From an uncultured Acidimicrobiia bacterium (lineage in GTDB: Bacteria; Acidobacteriota; Terriglobia; Versatilivoradales; Versatilivoraceae): DNA of 64,000 nt. A program made the position numbers and the translations under genes. This document shows, piece by piece, positions 47,817 to 59,008 of the stretch; within the stretch, counting starts at the first letter, position 1; every line of letters begins with the position of its first letter. The notes beneath the pieces were generated by a model. It made no database searches. It was not told the origin of the DNA and saw only the letters and a program-made list of their open reading frames with translations. Location: assembly GCA_963786955.1 (NCBI GenBank), contig CAWBAT010000005.1, positions 576,001 through 640,000 of the forward strand. The letters run 5' to 3'.

Positions 47817-48797
47817 GTGGAACAAGATCTTTCTCGTGAATTCCTGAAAGTGGTCGAAGAAGCGGCCATTGCTTCAGCCAGAACAATGGGTTTTGGGGAA
47901 CGAAAAGTCTCGGATCATGCCGCCGTCCAAGCCATGCGCAAAGTGATGGACACCATTCCCATGAATGGGACAATCGTCATCGGCGAAGGCGAACGCGACG
48001 AGGCTCCCATGCTCTACATTGGAGAAAGAGTTGGGAGGAGCGGGCCCGACCAGGCTCAAAATCATGAAGTCGATATCGCTGTCGATCCTCTGGAAGGCAC
48101 CAATCTATGCGCCATGGGCACTGCGGGAGCGATAACAGTTTTGGCCTGCTCTGAGAAGGGTGGGTTGTTGCACGCGCCGGATTGCTACATGGAAAAAATC
48201 ATCGTGGGGCCTTCCTGTAAGGGAGCTATCGATCTGAATGCCCCGGTGAAAGACAACCTGCGCGCCATTGCCAAAAGGTTGGACCGGGACATTGAAAATC
48301 TGGTAATCGTGATTTTGGACAGGCCTCGACATGCGCAGCTGATTGCCGAGATTCGCGCAGCCGGAGCACGAATTCGCCTCATTTCCGATGGGGACCTTTC
48401 GGCTGGAATCAGCGTGGCCTTGCGCGGCACAGGCGTTCACGCCGTCATGGGAAGCGGCGGGGCTCCGGAAGGAGTGCTGACGGCGGCGGCACTCCGATGC
48501 CTGAATGGGGAAATTCAGGGGCGTCTGGTGATCAAAGATGAAAGACAGGCCGAACGCATGACCCAAATGGGAATTCGAGATCTCAAGAAGATTTACTCGA
48601 CAACGGATCTGGCGTCGGCCAAGAACATTATTTTCGCAGCCACCGGGGTCACGGATGGAACCCTGCTCAAAGGAGTGCGTTTTTTTGCTGTTGGAGTGCG
48701 AACCCAGTCACTTTTGATGAACCTGGCCCACCGGACGGTGCGATTTGTGGATACAGTCCATCTTTCCGACCGGCCAGACGTGCAAGTGAGGTTCTAG
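47817..48797 (+). CDS. glpX: class II fructose-1,6-bisphosphatase
   Basis: [37 protein letters not shown]. Confidence 0.95.
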   Translation: MEQDLSREFLKVVEEAAIASARTMGFGERKVSDHAAVQAMRKVMDTIPMNGTIVIGEGERDEAPMLYIGERVGRSGPDQAQNHEVDIAVDPLEGTNLCAMGTAGAITVLACSEKGGLLHAPDCYMEKIIVGPSCKGAIDLNAPVKDNLRAIAKRLDRDIENLVIVILDRPRHAQLIAEIRAAGARIRLISDGDLSAGISVALRGTGVHAVMGSGGAPEGVLTAAALRCLNGEIQGRLVIKDERQAERMTQMGIRDLKKIYSTTDLASAKNIIFAATGVTDGTLLKGVRFFAVGVRTQSLLMNLAHRTVRFVDTVHLSDRPDVQVRF

Positions 48798-48838
48798 ACT
48801 TTGAAGGGCCCTCTCAGAGGAGCACTGGAATTACGATA

Positions 48839-49016
48839 AAACCCACCTTGGGTGAAGGATCGAGAGAAGTCCTCTCTTGGGAGGGGAGTGCAGCTTTGAG
48901 AAAGCTGCACGCTCCAGCCCTTAGGGGTGGGTGCGGTTCCCGCTGGGAGCGCGAGTATCCTACCCGCATTTCGTCAATAACAAACCCACCCCTACGCCCC
49001 TCCGACGGAAAGGAAT
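48839..49016. repeat. CCCC/GGGG hairpin repeat cluster
   Basis: CCTCTCTTGGGAGGGG, TTAGGGGTGGGT, AACCCACCCCTACGCCCCTCCGACGG; related to 13230-13263, 21270-21336 and 42645-42680. Confidence 0.55.
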
Positions 49017-49199
49017 CACAACAATACCTGTCTTGTGGGGGTAGATACGCCCCGCACAAATGTTCTAGCACGAAAATAAGACAACAAAAACCGATGGGGA
49101 GTCCCCGATTGACTAAACGCTGGTATCAGGCATAATCAACTCAAGTCGTCAAAAGCCTCGAGGCAACGAGGACGAATTTTTCTCAGCCTAATTATTCAA

Positions 49200-50696
49200 A
49201 TGACAGAAGAACTTCTTTCACCCTCCGAGAATTCTCGCAAGCGTGTCGTCCTAGTCGGAGCCGGAGACGCGGCCCTGGGTCTGGCTAAGGAACTTGCATT
49301 GAACCCTAACCTAGGGGTTCACCCCGTGGCAATCGTAGATGATGATTCGTGCAAGCACGGTACGACGATCTGCAATGTACCCGTTGTGGGGTTTATCCAT
49401 GAGCTTGAGAAACTTGTCAGAAACAACGAAGTCGATGAGGTCTTTATCTGTATTCCAAGCGCCACTCGTTCCGAGATCAGCAAGATACTGGCTATCTGCT
49501 TGAGCTGTGGAATCCCAGTCCGGACGTTGCCTTCCCTGGGCGAGTTGATCAACAAACGCACGAGTTGGCGAGAGTTACGCCAGCCTTGCATTGAAGACAT
49601 TCTCCAGCGCGCCGAGATTCTTTTTGAAACCAACACAGTTTGTGAAGTGATTCGCGGAACGACAGTCCTAGTAAGTGGCGCCGGTGGCAGTATTGGTTCA
49701 GAGTTATGCCGTCAGATTGCAGCAGCAGATCCTCGCTGCCTCTTGCTTCTTGATAAGTCGGAAAACAGTTTGTTTTATAGGAACTTAGAGATACGCGACC
49801 ATTTTCCCAACCTTCGAACCCATCCATTGCTCTTGGATGTCGTCCAAAGGCAGCAAGTTGAAAGGGTATTCCGCGAATTCCGCCCGGAATTGGTCTTCCA
49901 TGCAGCTGCATTTAAGCACGTCGGTTTGTGCGAGGGTCATCCCGTCCAGACAATGCAGAACAACGTCATAGGGACTCGCAATATCGCCATGGCGGCTGCG
50001 AGCGCAGGAGTCCATCGATTCGTCAATATTTCCACGGATAAAGCGGTCAAGCCTACGACAATCATGGGCCTGAGCAAAAAATTGACAGAATTGTCTATCC
50101 AGGAGATATCCAGGTCCTATCCCGGACGATTTTCCAGTGTCCGTTTCGGGAATGTGGCTGGAAGCACTGGAAGCGTCATTCGTTTGTTCTGGGACCAAAT
50201 CCAAAAAGGCGGACCTTTACGAATCACAGACTCGAGAGCCACCAGATACTTCATCGCCATTCCCGAGGCCGTGTATTTAATTATCCGGGCTGCTCAACTC
50301 TGCAGAGGCGGTGAAACATTCGTATTTGATATGGGAAAGCCCATAAGCATTCTTGAACTCGCAAAGACTCTCTGCTTACTTTCAGGGCTCAAACCCTACG
50401 TGGACATCCCGATTGAGTTCGTTGGCATTCAAGAGGGTGAGAAGATAAACGAAGAGCTTTGGGAGGACTGGGAAAAACCCCGGAGAACTTCAACCGACGA
50501 GATTTTGGTCATTGCAGAGCGAGATCCAAGATCTTTTGGAATTCTCAAGGCTATTGAGAAACTCGATAGTTACATAGAAGAAAATAATGCCATCGAACTC
50601 GTGGAGTGCGCGCGACACCTCTGTACTGATGTCAGGAGAACATCGGAGGATCCCGATGCGCAGCGCCAGTGCCTGGTCGCGAGGAGCAAAGCATGA
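49200..50696 (+). CDS. CapD/PglF-like nucleotide-sugar 4,6-dehydratase
   Basis: GAGGSIGSELCRQ, FHAAAFKHV, STDKAV, VRFGNV. Confidence 0.9.
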   Translation: MTEELLSPSENSRKRVVLVGAGDAALGLAKELALNPNLGVHPVAIVDDDSCKHGTTICNVPVVGFIHELEKLVRNNEVDEVFICIPSATRSEISKILAICLSCGIPVRTLPSLGELINKRTSWRELRQPCIEDILQRAEILFETNTVCEVIRGTTVLVSGAGGSIGSELCRQIAAADPRCLLLLDKSENSLFYRNLEIRDHFPNLRTHPLLLDVVQRQQVERVFREFRPELVFHAAAFKHVGLCEGHPVQTMQNNVIGTRNIAMAAASAGVHRFVNISTDKAVKPTTIMGLSKKLTELSIQEISRSYPGRFSSVRFGNVAGSTGSVIRLFWDQIQKGGPLRITDSRATRYFIAIPEAVYLIIRAAQLCRGGETFVFDMGKPISILELAKTLCLLSGLKPYVDIPIEFVGIQEGEKINEELWEDWEKPRRTSTDEILVIAERDPRSFGILKAIEKLDSYIEENNAIELVECARHLCTDVRRTSEDPDAQRQCLVARSKA

Positions 50697-51904
50697 ATGT
50701 CCCTCTCTCTCTCCCTGATATTGGCGATTTGGAGGTTCAATATGTAACGGATGTCTTACGCAGCGGGCATTTAAGCATGGGCCCACGTTTAAGAGAGTTT
50801 GAAGATAAGTTTGCCAGCTATGTGGGGACACGCTTCGCGGTTGCCACAAATAGTGGCACGTCTGCTTTGCACCTTATTATGCGGGCGCTTGAAATTGGCC
50901 CCGAAGACGAAGTCATCACCACATCCTTCAGCTTTTTTGCCTCTGCTGCATGTATTTTGTATGAGCGAGCCTTACCTGTTTTTGTCGATATTGACCCTTT
51001 CACGTTGAACATAGATCCCACCCAGATTCGCTCCTTCCTTGAAGAACGATGTTTCAAAGACCCGCATTCGGAGGGCTACATCGATCGTCTTACGAGCAGA
51101 AAGGTCAAGGCGATTTTACCTGTTCATCTATTTGGGCTACCGTCTGAGATGGAGCCGATCCTGGACCTCGCGGCGGAGTATGGATTGTCCGTGATTGAGG
51201 ATGCATGCGAGGCGTTGGGGGCGAAATACCGTGGCCGTAACGTCGGCACATTTGGCCGAGCGGCGGCTTTCGCCTTTTACCCTAATAAGCAGCTGACCAC
51301 TGCTGAAGGGGGCATGATCGTGACCGATGATGAGCCGATTGCATTGCTCGCGAGAAGCATGCGGAATCAAGGTCGTGACACCGATTCCGGTTGGTTGCAG
51401 CACGTGCGGCTGGGATACAACTACCGTTTGAGTGATGTTCACTGCGCCATTGGCATCGCCCAGCTGGAAAGACTCCCCGAGTTGCTGGAGCTGCGGTCAC
51501 ACGTGGCCGACCGTTACGATCATTCCCTGGCGGGAGTAACCGGCCTGACGCTGCCCTATACACCCCCGTGGTGCGACCGAAGCTGGTTTGTTTACGTCAT
51601 CCGGTTCGACGGCTGCGCTCACTCATCGAGAGCAGTTCAACGCGACCGGGTCATGCAGGCGCTAAGAGCTCAAAACATAGGATGCCAGCCCTATTTCCCT
51701 GCCATTCACCGACAACCCTATTTTCAGGAAATCGGGAGTTGCGAATATGGGCGCTTAGCCAATACGGAAACTGCCGCTGACAGTTGCTTGGCTTTGCCGA
51801 TGTTTTCAAAGGCCAGCCCAGAGCAAATTGGTTACGTTTGCGAAAATCTGCTCAGCGTCCTCAAAGAAGAACCGGTGGAACTAATTCGTCCACATTCGAA
51901 ATAA
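50693..51904 (+). CDS. DegT/DnrJ/EryC1/StrS aminotransferase
   Basis: NSGTSALHL, IEDACEA, FYPNKQLTTAEGG, GYNYRL. Confidence 0.93.
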   Translation: MNVPLSLPDIGDLEVQYVTDVLRSGHLSMGPRLREFEDKFASYVGTRFAVATNSGTSALHLIMRALEIGPEDEVITTSFSFFASAACILYERALPVFVDIDPFTLNIDPTQIRSFLEERCFKDPHSEGYIDRLTSRKVKAILPVHLFGLPSEMEPILDLAAEYGLSVIEDACEALGAKYRGRNVGTFGRAAAFAFYPNKQLTTAEGGMIVTDDEPIALLARSMRNQGRDTDSGWLQHVRLGYNYRLSDVHCAIGIAQLERLPELLELRSHVADRYDHSLAGVTGLTLPYTPPWCDRSWFVYVIRFDGCAHSSRAVQRDRVMQALRAQNIGCQPYFPAIHRQPYFQEIGSCEYGRLANTETAADSCLALPMFSKASPEQIGYVCENLLSVLKEEPVELIRPHSK

Positions 51905-51980
51905 AGATGATTTCCAGCGCCTAGACATTATTGGCACCAGGGTTGGTCAAAGGATCCTCTCCGTTGGCTCTCCTACGCTA

Positions 51981-52176
51981 CCTGCCAGGTAATGGGTTGG
52001 TTATGGGGGGATTACAGCATCGGTAGCCACGCGGAATTCACTTTCAAATTCGTCGTGGGTTATCCGGACGCCAGGAAAAGCCCACGGCGAGCGACAGCGG
52101 TCGCGCAGAAAAGCGCTCGCCGAGGCTACCCAAGCAGAACCCAATCCCCCCGATAATTAACCCATTACCCGGCAGG
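51981..52176. mobile_element. MITE-like element with about 33-bp inverted repeats
   Basis: CCTGCCAGGTAATGGGTTGGTTATGGGGGGATT / AATCCCCCCGATAATTAACCCATTACCCGGCAGG. Confidence 0.7.
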
Positions 52177-52222
52177 ATGCATCCAACTTGCCCATCCAGT
52201 TCGTTCAGTTTATTCTGTGTGA

Positions 52223-54656
52223 ATGATAATCAGGGCCAACGATAAATCCAATCCGCGAGGAAAAGCAGCTACGCTGCTTCTCGTCTGCCTTTTCGTTATC
52301 TTATTTGGACTCAATGGTTCCAACGATTCATATGCCCAAGCTAAGCTCGGTCGATTGCTGGTTCATCTGGCGGATGAGACGGGCAATGCCGTTCCCGGAG
52401 TTGAGGTATTGATCGAGAGCGCAGAAATTCACATCCAGCAAAAATCCGTTTCAAACGATTCCGGCGAGGTATTTTTTCGCGGCCTTCCCTACAGCGCGTA
52501 TTGGATCGCGATCGAAGATACCCGCTTTGAACCCCTCCGGAAGTCGCTGTCCGTCGCCAGTGAGGTTTCCAAAGAACTTCGAATTGAATTAAAGATTCAC
52601 ACGTTGGTGCAAAACCTGACCATTTCAGATCTTCCGCCATTGATGGATCCGCAGAAAACTAACGGCAGCCTCTATCGTGGGGAAGATCAGATCCAGCGCC
52701 GTTTCGCAAGCTTACCCAACCGGGATGCGATTAATATGGTGGCCTCCATGCCAGGATGGGTTCTGGAGAATAACGGCGTCTTGCATCCTCGCGGTTCGGA
52801 ATATCAGACTCAATACGTGCTGGATGGCATCCCGGTGCTGGACAATCGTTCTCCGGCCTTCGCTTCGGGTCCGTTAATGGACTCCACAGAATCCTTCGAA
52901 GTCATAACGGGGGGGATCCCCGCCGAATATGGACGTAAACTGGGAGGAGTGATTAACGTTGCATCCCGCCCCGGGAATCCTCTGACGCACGGTTCCGTAG
53001 GCGTCTTCGGGGGAAGCCACAGCCTGCTGGGCGGGGGATTCCTATTCGGTGACAAGAAAGAGCACTGGGACTATTCGGCTGCCCTCAGTGGCTCCCACAG
53101 CGCCCGCTATCTCGACCCCCCTAATATTGAAAACCTCCACAACCAGGGCAATTCGGCAGCCGGTTCTTTTCGATTGGATTATTTCCCTCAACCCTCCGAT
53201 GCACTCCATTTCTTTACCTGGGCCAATGGAACCGGCTTGGAAGTCCCGAATGAGGTTTTCCAGGAACAAGCCGGTCAAGATCAAACCAGGACGAACCGGG
53301 ACACGAGTTTCAGCGTCGCTTGGGATCATTATCAATCAGCCCACGCGATGAGCAGCGTGGTGGCCTATGCCCGCAATGTCTCTTCTGATTTAAGCAGCAA
53401 TCCTTTTTCGACTCCAGTCATCAGTCAACAGCGCCGGGGTTTTCAATCTTACGGGGCCATGGGTTCTTACAACTGGATCGTTCACAATCACCAACTGAAA
53501 GTGGGGGGGGGATGTGCTGCTCACCCCCGTAAACGAACTTTTTGATTTCACCCTCTCAGATCCTGAGTTCTTTGACAGCAGGGACCTCACAGCCACTTCG
53601 ACTCCTTCCTTGGTCTCGCAAATCTTAAATGGCGAGCCATTCAATTTCTTTGGCAGACGATCCAGCTTGGAATCGTCTGGTTATTTTCAAGATCACTTCA
53701 ATTGGAAACACTGGTCTTTCAACTTGGGCGTGCGGTACGACAACTACCGCTTCTTGATTCACGATTCAGCCTGGAGTCCAAGAGTCGGGATCGCTTATTT
53801 CATACGCAAGACCCAAACACGATTCCATTTTTCCTATGATCGAGCCTATCAGACCCCCAGCATTGAAAACTTGCTGCTGTCCTCGTCCTTGCAAGCGCAG
53901 AACCTGAGCCCTCGACGCGCACTCGACCAACCGGGAGGTTTGGGAGTGCCGACCAGCCGGGCAGATTTCTATGAAGCGGGTATCTCGCAAGCACTGGGAA
54001 GACGGGCACGATTGGATGTCGAGTATTTCCGCCGGAAAATTGGGAATTTTGCAGATGACGATATTTTCTTCAACACCGGAATCAATTTTCCTATTTCACT
54101 CTATGGAGCGCGGATTAAAGGTGCCGAAGCCCGGCTCGAATTGCAGAACTGGCAAGGATTTTCGGGCTTCGTCAGTTATTCCTATCTGCAGGGTTTTGCT
54201 TTGTCTCCGGTGACCGGTGGCCTGTTTCTCGGCGACAGTGCTTCGGAACTGATCCAGCCTGGATTGCGATTCCCGATAAGTCAGGACCAGAGAAATACGG
54301 TCCATAGCCAAATCCAATTCCAGCGTCCGTCCAGCCGCTGGTGGCTGGCAGCAGGCCATACCTATGAAAGTGGATTGCCCGTGGACCTGGACGAAGCATC
54401 CAGCGGTGGAATGATCGTGGATCCGCGGATCTTGAATCAGGTCAACTTTGAACGCGGGCGAGTTAAGCCCCGCCATTTATGGGATCTGTCGGCTGGGGCA
54501 CATTTATGGGGGGAGGAGCGACAGCGAATTACCGTGCAAGTCGACTGGATCAACGTTGCCAATCGATTTTATCTCATCAACTACAGTGGACTGTTTTCAC
54601 AAACCACAGTCGGGCTGCCTTCAACTGTGACGGCAAAACTCACGTATCAGTTTTGA
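52223..54656 (+). CDS. TonB-dependent receptor; +1 frameshift in G9 tract 53503-53511
   Basis: carboxypeptidase-regulatory-like N-domain, plug GGIPAEYG..GGVIN, beta-barrel ending in YQF. Confidence 0.87.
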
Positions 54657-54981
54657 CGTGTTCTAAGAGCGAAAATTTTTAAGTCGGGCGCTCTGAAAGT
54701 TGGTGCAGCAACCCTGCCAGGAAGGCTGAGTTTTTAGGCGGAGTCCGCCGTGCGGCAGACTTCACCCTCCACAGTTGTGCAGTCCCCCTGCACCTCTCCC
54801 TCGTTGGGGCGAGGGGAGCCGAAAATTCATTATCTGGTCTGGGGGGATGAGTTCCACAAGGCTGCTCTTGTCGTCGTCGTGCTCCCTTGCACAAGGGGGA
54901 CTTCAGGGGGGTGAATAACCAACTACCAACAATCAATGGGTCTGCTTTTGGCTGGCAGGTTGCCCGCGCTCCCAGGTGCCC

Positions 54982-55773
54982 TTATCCCCTCACAAACTGC
55001 TCAATTGAAGTGCAAATTTCTTCGGGCACCTCAAAAAGCGGGAAATGACTTTGGGTTTTCAGCTTCTCTACGTAAAACCAAGCATGGGTTTCCGCAAAGA
55101 TCTGTTGGGCCGTGAAATATTCCAGAGCTTGCGGTTGAGCATAGAGGTGTAATACAGGCACCGAAGGACTCAGTCCCAACAGGGCTTTTAAAGGGTTTCC
55201 GGCTTTGGTATAGGCAGCCTTAATCTCGCGAGCGGCTCGAGACCACATTTCGAAACCATACGCCCCCATCTCCTCTCTCACAAATCGGGTCAGTTTAGGA
55301 TTCTCTACTCCATGGAGCCAGAGATCAAAGGTCAGGTTGATGGTCTGACTCCAGCTTTCGGTAGATTGCATTCCGTTCAGGGATTGAAGAAATGCTGCCG
55401 GAGGATCCAACATCAGCCAGTCAAGATGCACGAGCTTGGGGATTCGTGCTCCCAACCGCTGCCGGAGTTTAATCGCAACCCAACCCGCATGGGCCAGTGA
55501 CACGGGAACAACCTGCGACGCGCGACTAGCTGCGATGACCGATAAGGCGTCCTCAATTAATTGTTCTTCCCCGAACTCACCACCCGCAGGCCCAGATTCG
55601 CCATGTCCCCGCCAATCCAACGATAAAGCACGGCGATGATGACTGCAGCGGGAGAGCAGATCCTGAAAGATTGTGCGATTCGCACACCACCCGGGCATGA
55701 ACAAAAGAGCTGGTTCCCCCTGCCCTAGGTCATCATAAACAATTGAAACGCCCTGAGAACTCGTGATTGCCAA
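54982..55773 (-). CDS. alpha/beta-hydrolase fold HOD/AqdC-like cofactor-independent dioxygenase
   Basis: PGWC, DWRGHG, PVSLAHAGWV, LDWLM, EEMGAYG..W.R, HLYAQP, SHFP parallel the HOD motifs. Confidence 0.75.
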   Translation of the reverse strand: MAITSSQGVSIVYDDLGQGEPALLFMPGWCANRTIFQDLLSRCSHHRRALSLDWRGHGESGPAGGEFGEEQLIEDALSVIAASRASQVVPVSLAHAGWVAIKLRQRLGARIPKLVHLDWLMLDPPAAFLQSLNGMQSTESWSQTINLTFDLWLHGVENPKLTRFVREEMGAYGFEMWSRAAREIKAAYTKAGNPLKALLGLSPSVPVLHLYAQPQALEYFTAQQIFAETHAWFYVEKLKTQSHFPLFEVPEEICTSIEQFVRG

Positions 55774-55777
55774 GCAT

Positions 55778-56684
55778 TCATCTCCAGTTCAGAATCTTTT
55801 CGAGCCTTTGCCTGGCTTCCTCAATGAGTTCGGTCTCCGCCGACTGGCCGAGCAAGTGCTCATAGAGCTTCTCGGCAGGTTCAAAGTCCCCCAGGTTCTC
55901 ATAATGTTTTGCTAAATAGAAATAAGCTTCTCCAAAAGGCCGGATCAAGGGCAATGGTTTTTTCAAACTCCCGGATCGCCAAATCGTCGTAACCTTCATC
56001 TGCGAGCAGGTTTGCCAAGAAATAATGTCCGTCCCGGTCATCGGGTTTAAGGATGACAAATCGCCGCAACTGTTCAAGGGCCTTGTCGATTAGTCCGAGT
56101 TGGGCGAGAGTAACCCCAAAATTAAAACAAGCATCGGCATCACTTGGATTTTTTGCGACCTTCTCTGCTTCCGCACACAATACTTCTGACGTCAATGCCT
56201 TGTTGAAATAGTAATCCTCCTTGTACGGCGGGAATCCCGATTTCCAGAACTCCAGGGTCCTTTGCCTGTCGACAAAGCTAACACCCGGCTCGGACCTCAG
56301 CAAAGACTGTAACTCGTCTTCAACTGCGGCTTCCTGGGAGTCTTCCGGGATTGAATTTCGCTGAATGAGCAAATCGTTGTAGGCAGCGCTCCCCTCCTCT
56401 AACTTGGAAATCGCAACATTCAAATAGTACCGCGCCTTCCTGAGGTCCCCCGACCTTAGGGCCTCCTGTACGCTGAACTCCGCGTTTTCCTGTTCCTTGG
56501 CTGCAATCCGGTCCAGGATCGTTTTCAATTCCTCTTGTGAAGCCGGGTCTTGATGCTCAATCAGTTCTGCTGCTCGCTCGCATTCCAGGCGGGCCATTCC
56601 CAATTTTCCGAGCTGTTCATATTTTCGGGCCCTTTGAATGTAAGCTCCCGCATCCATCCCTAACAGCTTTCTCAAGAACGACAT
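55778..56684 (-). CDS. tetratricopeptide repeat protein; frameshift near 55935
   Basis: TPR motifs (ACFNFGVTL, GHYFLANLL) continuing in the second frame (EAYFYLAKHYE). Confidence 0.8.
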
Positions 56685-56700
56685 GTTGCCTCCTTTGCCC

Positions 56701-57891
56701 TCAATAGACAAACTCCTTAATATCATACAAGGAGACCTTCGGTTTTTGCAGCTCTTCGAAGTTCAGCGCGCAGCGGATGGCATTCAGCTGGGATTCGCGC
56801 TCTTGTTCGGTTAATGAGCCAATGCCCGCTTCGGCCGCTCGTAGAGAATATTCCATCGAGGTGGATTCGAGAAAAGGTGAAAAATAAAGGATATCCCCAA
56901 CCCCCAGTCCCATCAAATTTACCAGATCCGCAGTTTGTTCAATGTGTCGATGCAAGAAGCGACTTCCTCCGATGCCGATCATGATGATGACTCCCAGACT
57001 CAAGCCGGCTCCTTTGACCGCCAAACAGACCTCCAGCGTTTGCTTCGCTGTAGCGGGTTTGTTCAAAAAACGCAGTAACTCATCACAGCCCGTTTCAACT
57101 CCGACATAGACACGCCGTAAATTCCTTTCTCTCAACTGTCCAAAGTCCTTTTCGGTCTTCTTGTCACCGGTAAAGACATCGAGAAAGGAGTAAATCCCAC
57201 GAAACCCTTGCGATTCGTGGTCACCAGAATGGGGAGCACTCATCGGAAAAGTTTCATTGATCCGGTCCATCATTTTGAGCAATTTTGATTGCGGGAGGAC
57301 TAAGGCATTGGCATCACCTAGAAAAATCGATTGCCGTAAACGGATGGCCGCTCCGAAGAAGTCCTTTGCGGCTTGAAGGTGTTTCTCGAATTCATTCTCT
57401 GACTTTATCCGGAAAGAAGTTTTGCGGTAAAAGTGGCAAAAGGTGCAATGATTCCAATGACAACCTTCCGTTGCTTGAAGGACTAAAGCAAGATATTGGT
57501 CTGGAGGAAGAATGGTGACGGGAGAATAAACGGCTCGGAATCGTTTTCGTTCATCTTCCAACCGTGCATAATCCCAGTCCACAACAAGTTTCAACCAGCT
57601 CTTGACTTGGCCGAGAGCCTGTTGTCGACTTGGCTCATCACTCCAGGATTCGACCTCCTCTTTTTCAAGGCGTCTCAGGATGTCACTGCAATGATCACCA
57701 ATTCTCTCAATGACAGCTCGTTTCTCCGACTTCTCCAACTCCCGAATATTCTTCCAGGTCCCATATCGGTTCGACAGTCTTTTCTTCTTGATGATCCGAT
57801 TGTCGAGTGTTCGGATGTAGGTGCCGCCTTCGTTCCAGAGCGAAAGGAGTTTCCCGGTAAGATCAAAGGAATAGACTTCCTTCTCATCCAT
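56701..57891 (-). CDS. radical SAM protein
   Basis: CHWNHCTFC, FLGDANAL, GVETG; may extend to about 57989 across a frameshift. Confidence 0.9.
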   Translation of the reverse strand: MDEKEVYSFDLTGKLLSLWNEGGTYIRTLDNRIIKKKRLSNRYGTWKNIRELEKSEKRAVIERIGDHCSDILRRLEKEEVESWSDEPSRQQALGQVKSWLKLVVDWDYARLEDERKRFRAVYSPVTILPPDQYLALVLQATEGCHWNHCTFCHFYRKTSFRIKSENEFEKHLQAAKDFFGAAIRLRQSIFLGDANALVLPQSKLLKMMDRINETFPMSAPHSGDHESQGFRGIYSFLDVFTGDKKTEKDFGQLRERNLRRVYVGVETGCDELLRFLNKPATAKQTLEVCLAVKGAGLSLGVIIMIGIGGSRFLHRHIEQTADLVNLMGLGVGDILYFSPFLESTSMEYSLRAAEAGIGSLTEQERESQLNAIRCALNFEELQKPKVSLYDIKEFVY

Positions 57892-58020
57892 GCTCAGGGA
57901 GAAAGAAGACGATTTGAGACTAAAAAGAATCGCTCCCCGGTCGGAGTGAGACGAAATTCGGCGAGCACCTGGATGTTCCTCCCTGACATCTAATCCGTGC
58001 CGATCTGCTCGAACGAGCCA

Positions 58021-58365
58021 CTATCCTTGAGCCTTCAGCACGCTCCGAATTTCTTTTTGAACAAAGTCTTTGGCGGAATCAAGAGCTTGGAACACCCCCT
58101 GCTGTGTTTTCTCTGTCCATTGCCGGCTTCGGCCAATCCCTTCCTGAACTTCTTCCATGACTTTGTCCGTCCAGTCTTCGCAAGCGTGAGACAACTGCAG
58201 CTGAAGGGCCTCGGCTTTATTCTTGGCTATTTTTCCCAGATGGACAATATCGCGCCTTGTCTTCTTCCCGGATTGGGGTGCCAGGAGTAAAGCGATTCCC
58301 GCCCCCAAGAGGCTGCCGGCCACAAACGAGCTGATCGGTATGAGTTTCGAATGGTTGTTTTCCAT
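58021..58365 (-). CDS. YtxH-domain protein
   Basis: GAGIALLLAPQSGKKTR; GAGGAGG RBS. Confidence 0.88.
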   Translation of the reverse strand: MENNHSKLIPISSFVAGSLLGAGIALLLAPQSGKKTRRDIVHLGKIAKNKAEALQLQLSHACEDWTDKVMEEVQEGIGRSRQWTEKTQQGVFQALDSAKDFVQKEIRSVLKAQG

Positions 58366-58533
58366 GATAGACCTCCTCAAAGTTAATCCTTCTCTGAATT
58401 GAGAAATTCCCTTCTACAACGACCCGTCTGCGATCCTTGCTAACGCCACAGGCGTTAAGTTATTTCCTTGCTAACGGCAATTGCTACCTCTCTTTGATTG
58501 TAGTGGAAACTCCAAAATCGTCACATGGACCGC

Positions 58534-58974
58534 CTAATTGATGGCTTCTGGCGGAACAAATTTGTAGTGAGACTGGAGGAACGCAACCAGATCGATTAGC
58601 TGCTGGACGGTCATGGTGCTATTAAAATTAAGCATCTTGGACTTTCCATCTGTTTCCACAGCTTCTTTCGGATAGCCACGAATGATTCGATGCGAAGGAT
58701 TGATAATCGAAGTGACCAAATCCCCGTAAGTGTGGATCTGGTAAGTGTCTCCCCCGAGCATTACCATGACCTGCGCACTCCCGGGGGGAGAAGGCAACTC
58801 GACGCCTTTGACCGTATGGCATTCGTGGCATTTGAGATCGGTGAAAGCGATTTTGCCTTTTTCCGGATCACCATCAGGCATGCGAAACCCTCGTCCTGAC
58901 TTGGCCCCGCCGCCGCAATGGATCAAGAGAATCAAGAAAATAACGACCAAAATGATAAAGAGCTTGTGCCGCAT
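58534..58974 (-). CDS. monoheme c-type cytochrome (probable lipoprotein)
   Basis: CHECH; GDPEKGK; TSIINPSH; distal Met in SKM. Confidence 0.85.
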   Translation of the reverse strand: MRHKLFIILVVIFLILLIHCGGGAKSGRGFRMPDGDPEKGKIAFTDLKCHECHTVKGVELPSPPGSAQVMVMLGGDTYQIHTYGDLVTSIINPSHRIIRGYPKEAVETDGKSKMLNFNSTMTVQQLIDLVAFLQSHYKFVPPEAIN

Positions 58975-59008
58975 AGGTCCTCCTTCAGCTCAGTTGAGAC
59001 GTATCGCC

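Noticed and set aside
9690-57930. Frameshifts near 9700, 32141, 55935 and 57925 as programmed recoding or true pseudogenes
   Set aside because: Single-base indels in short homopolymers of otherwise intact genes; long-read error is the simpler explanation
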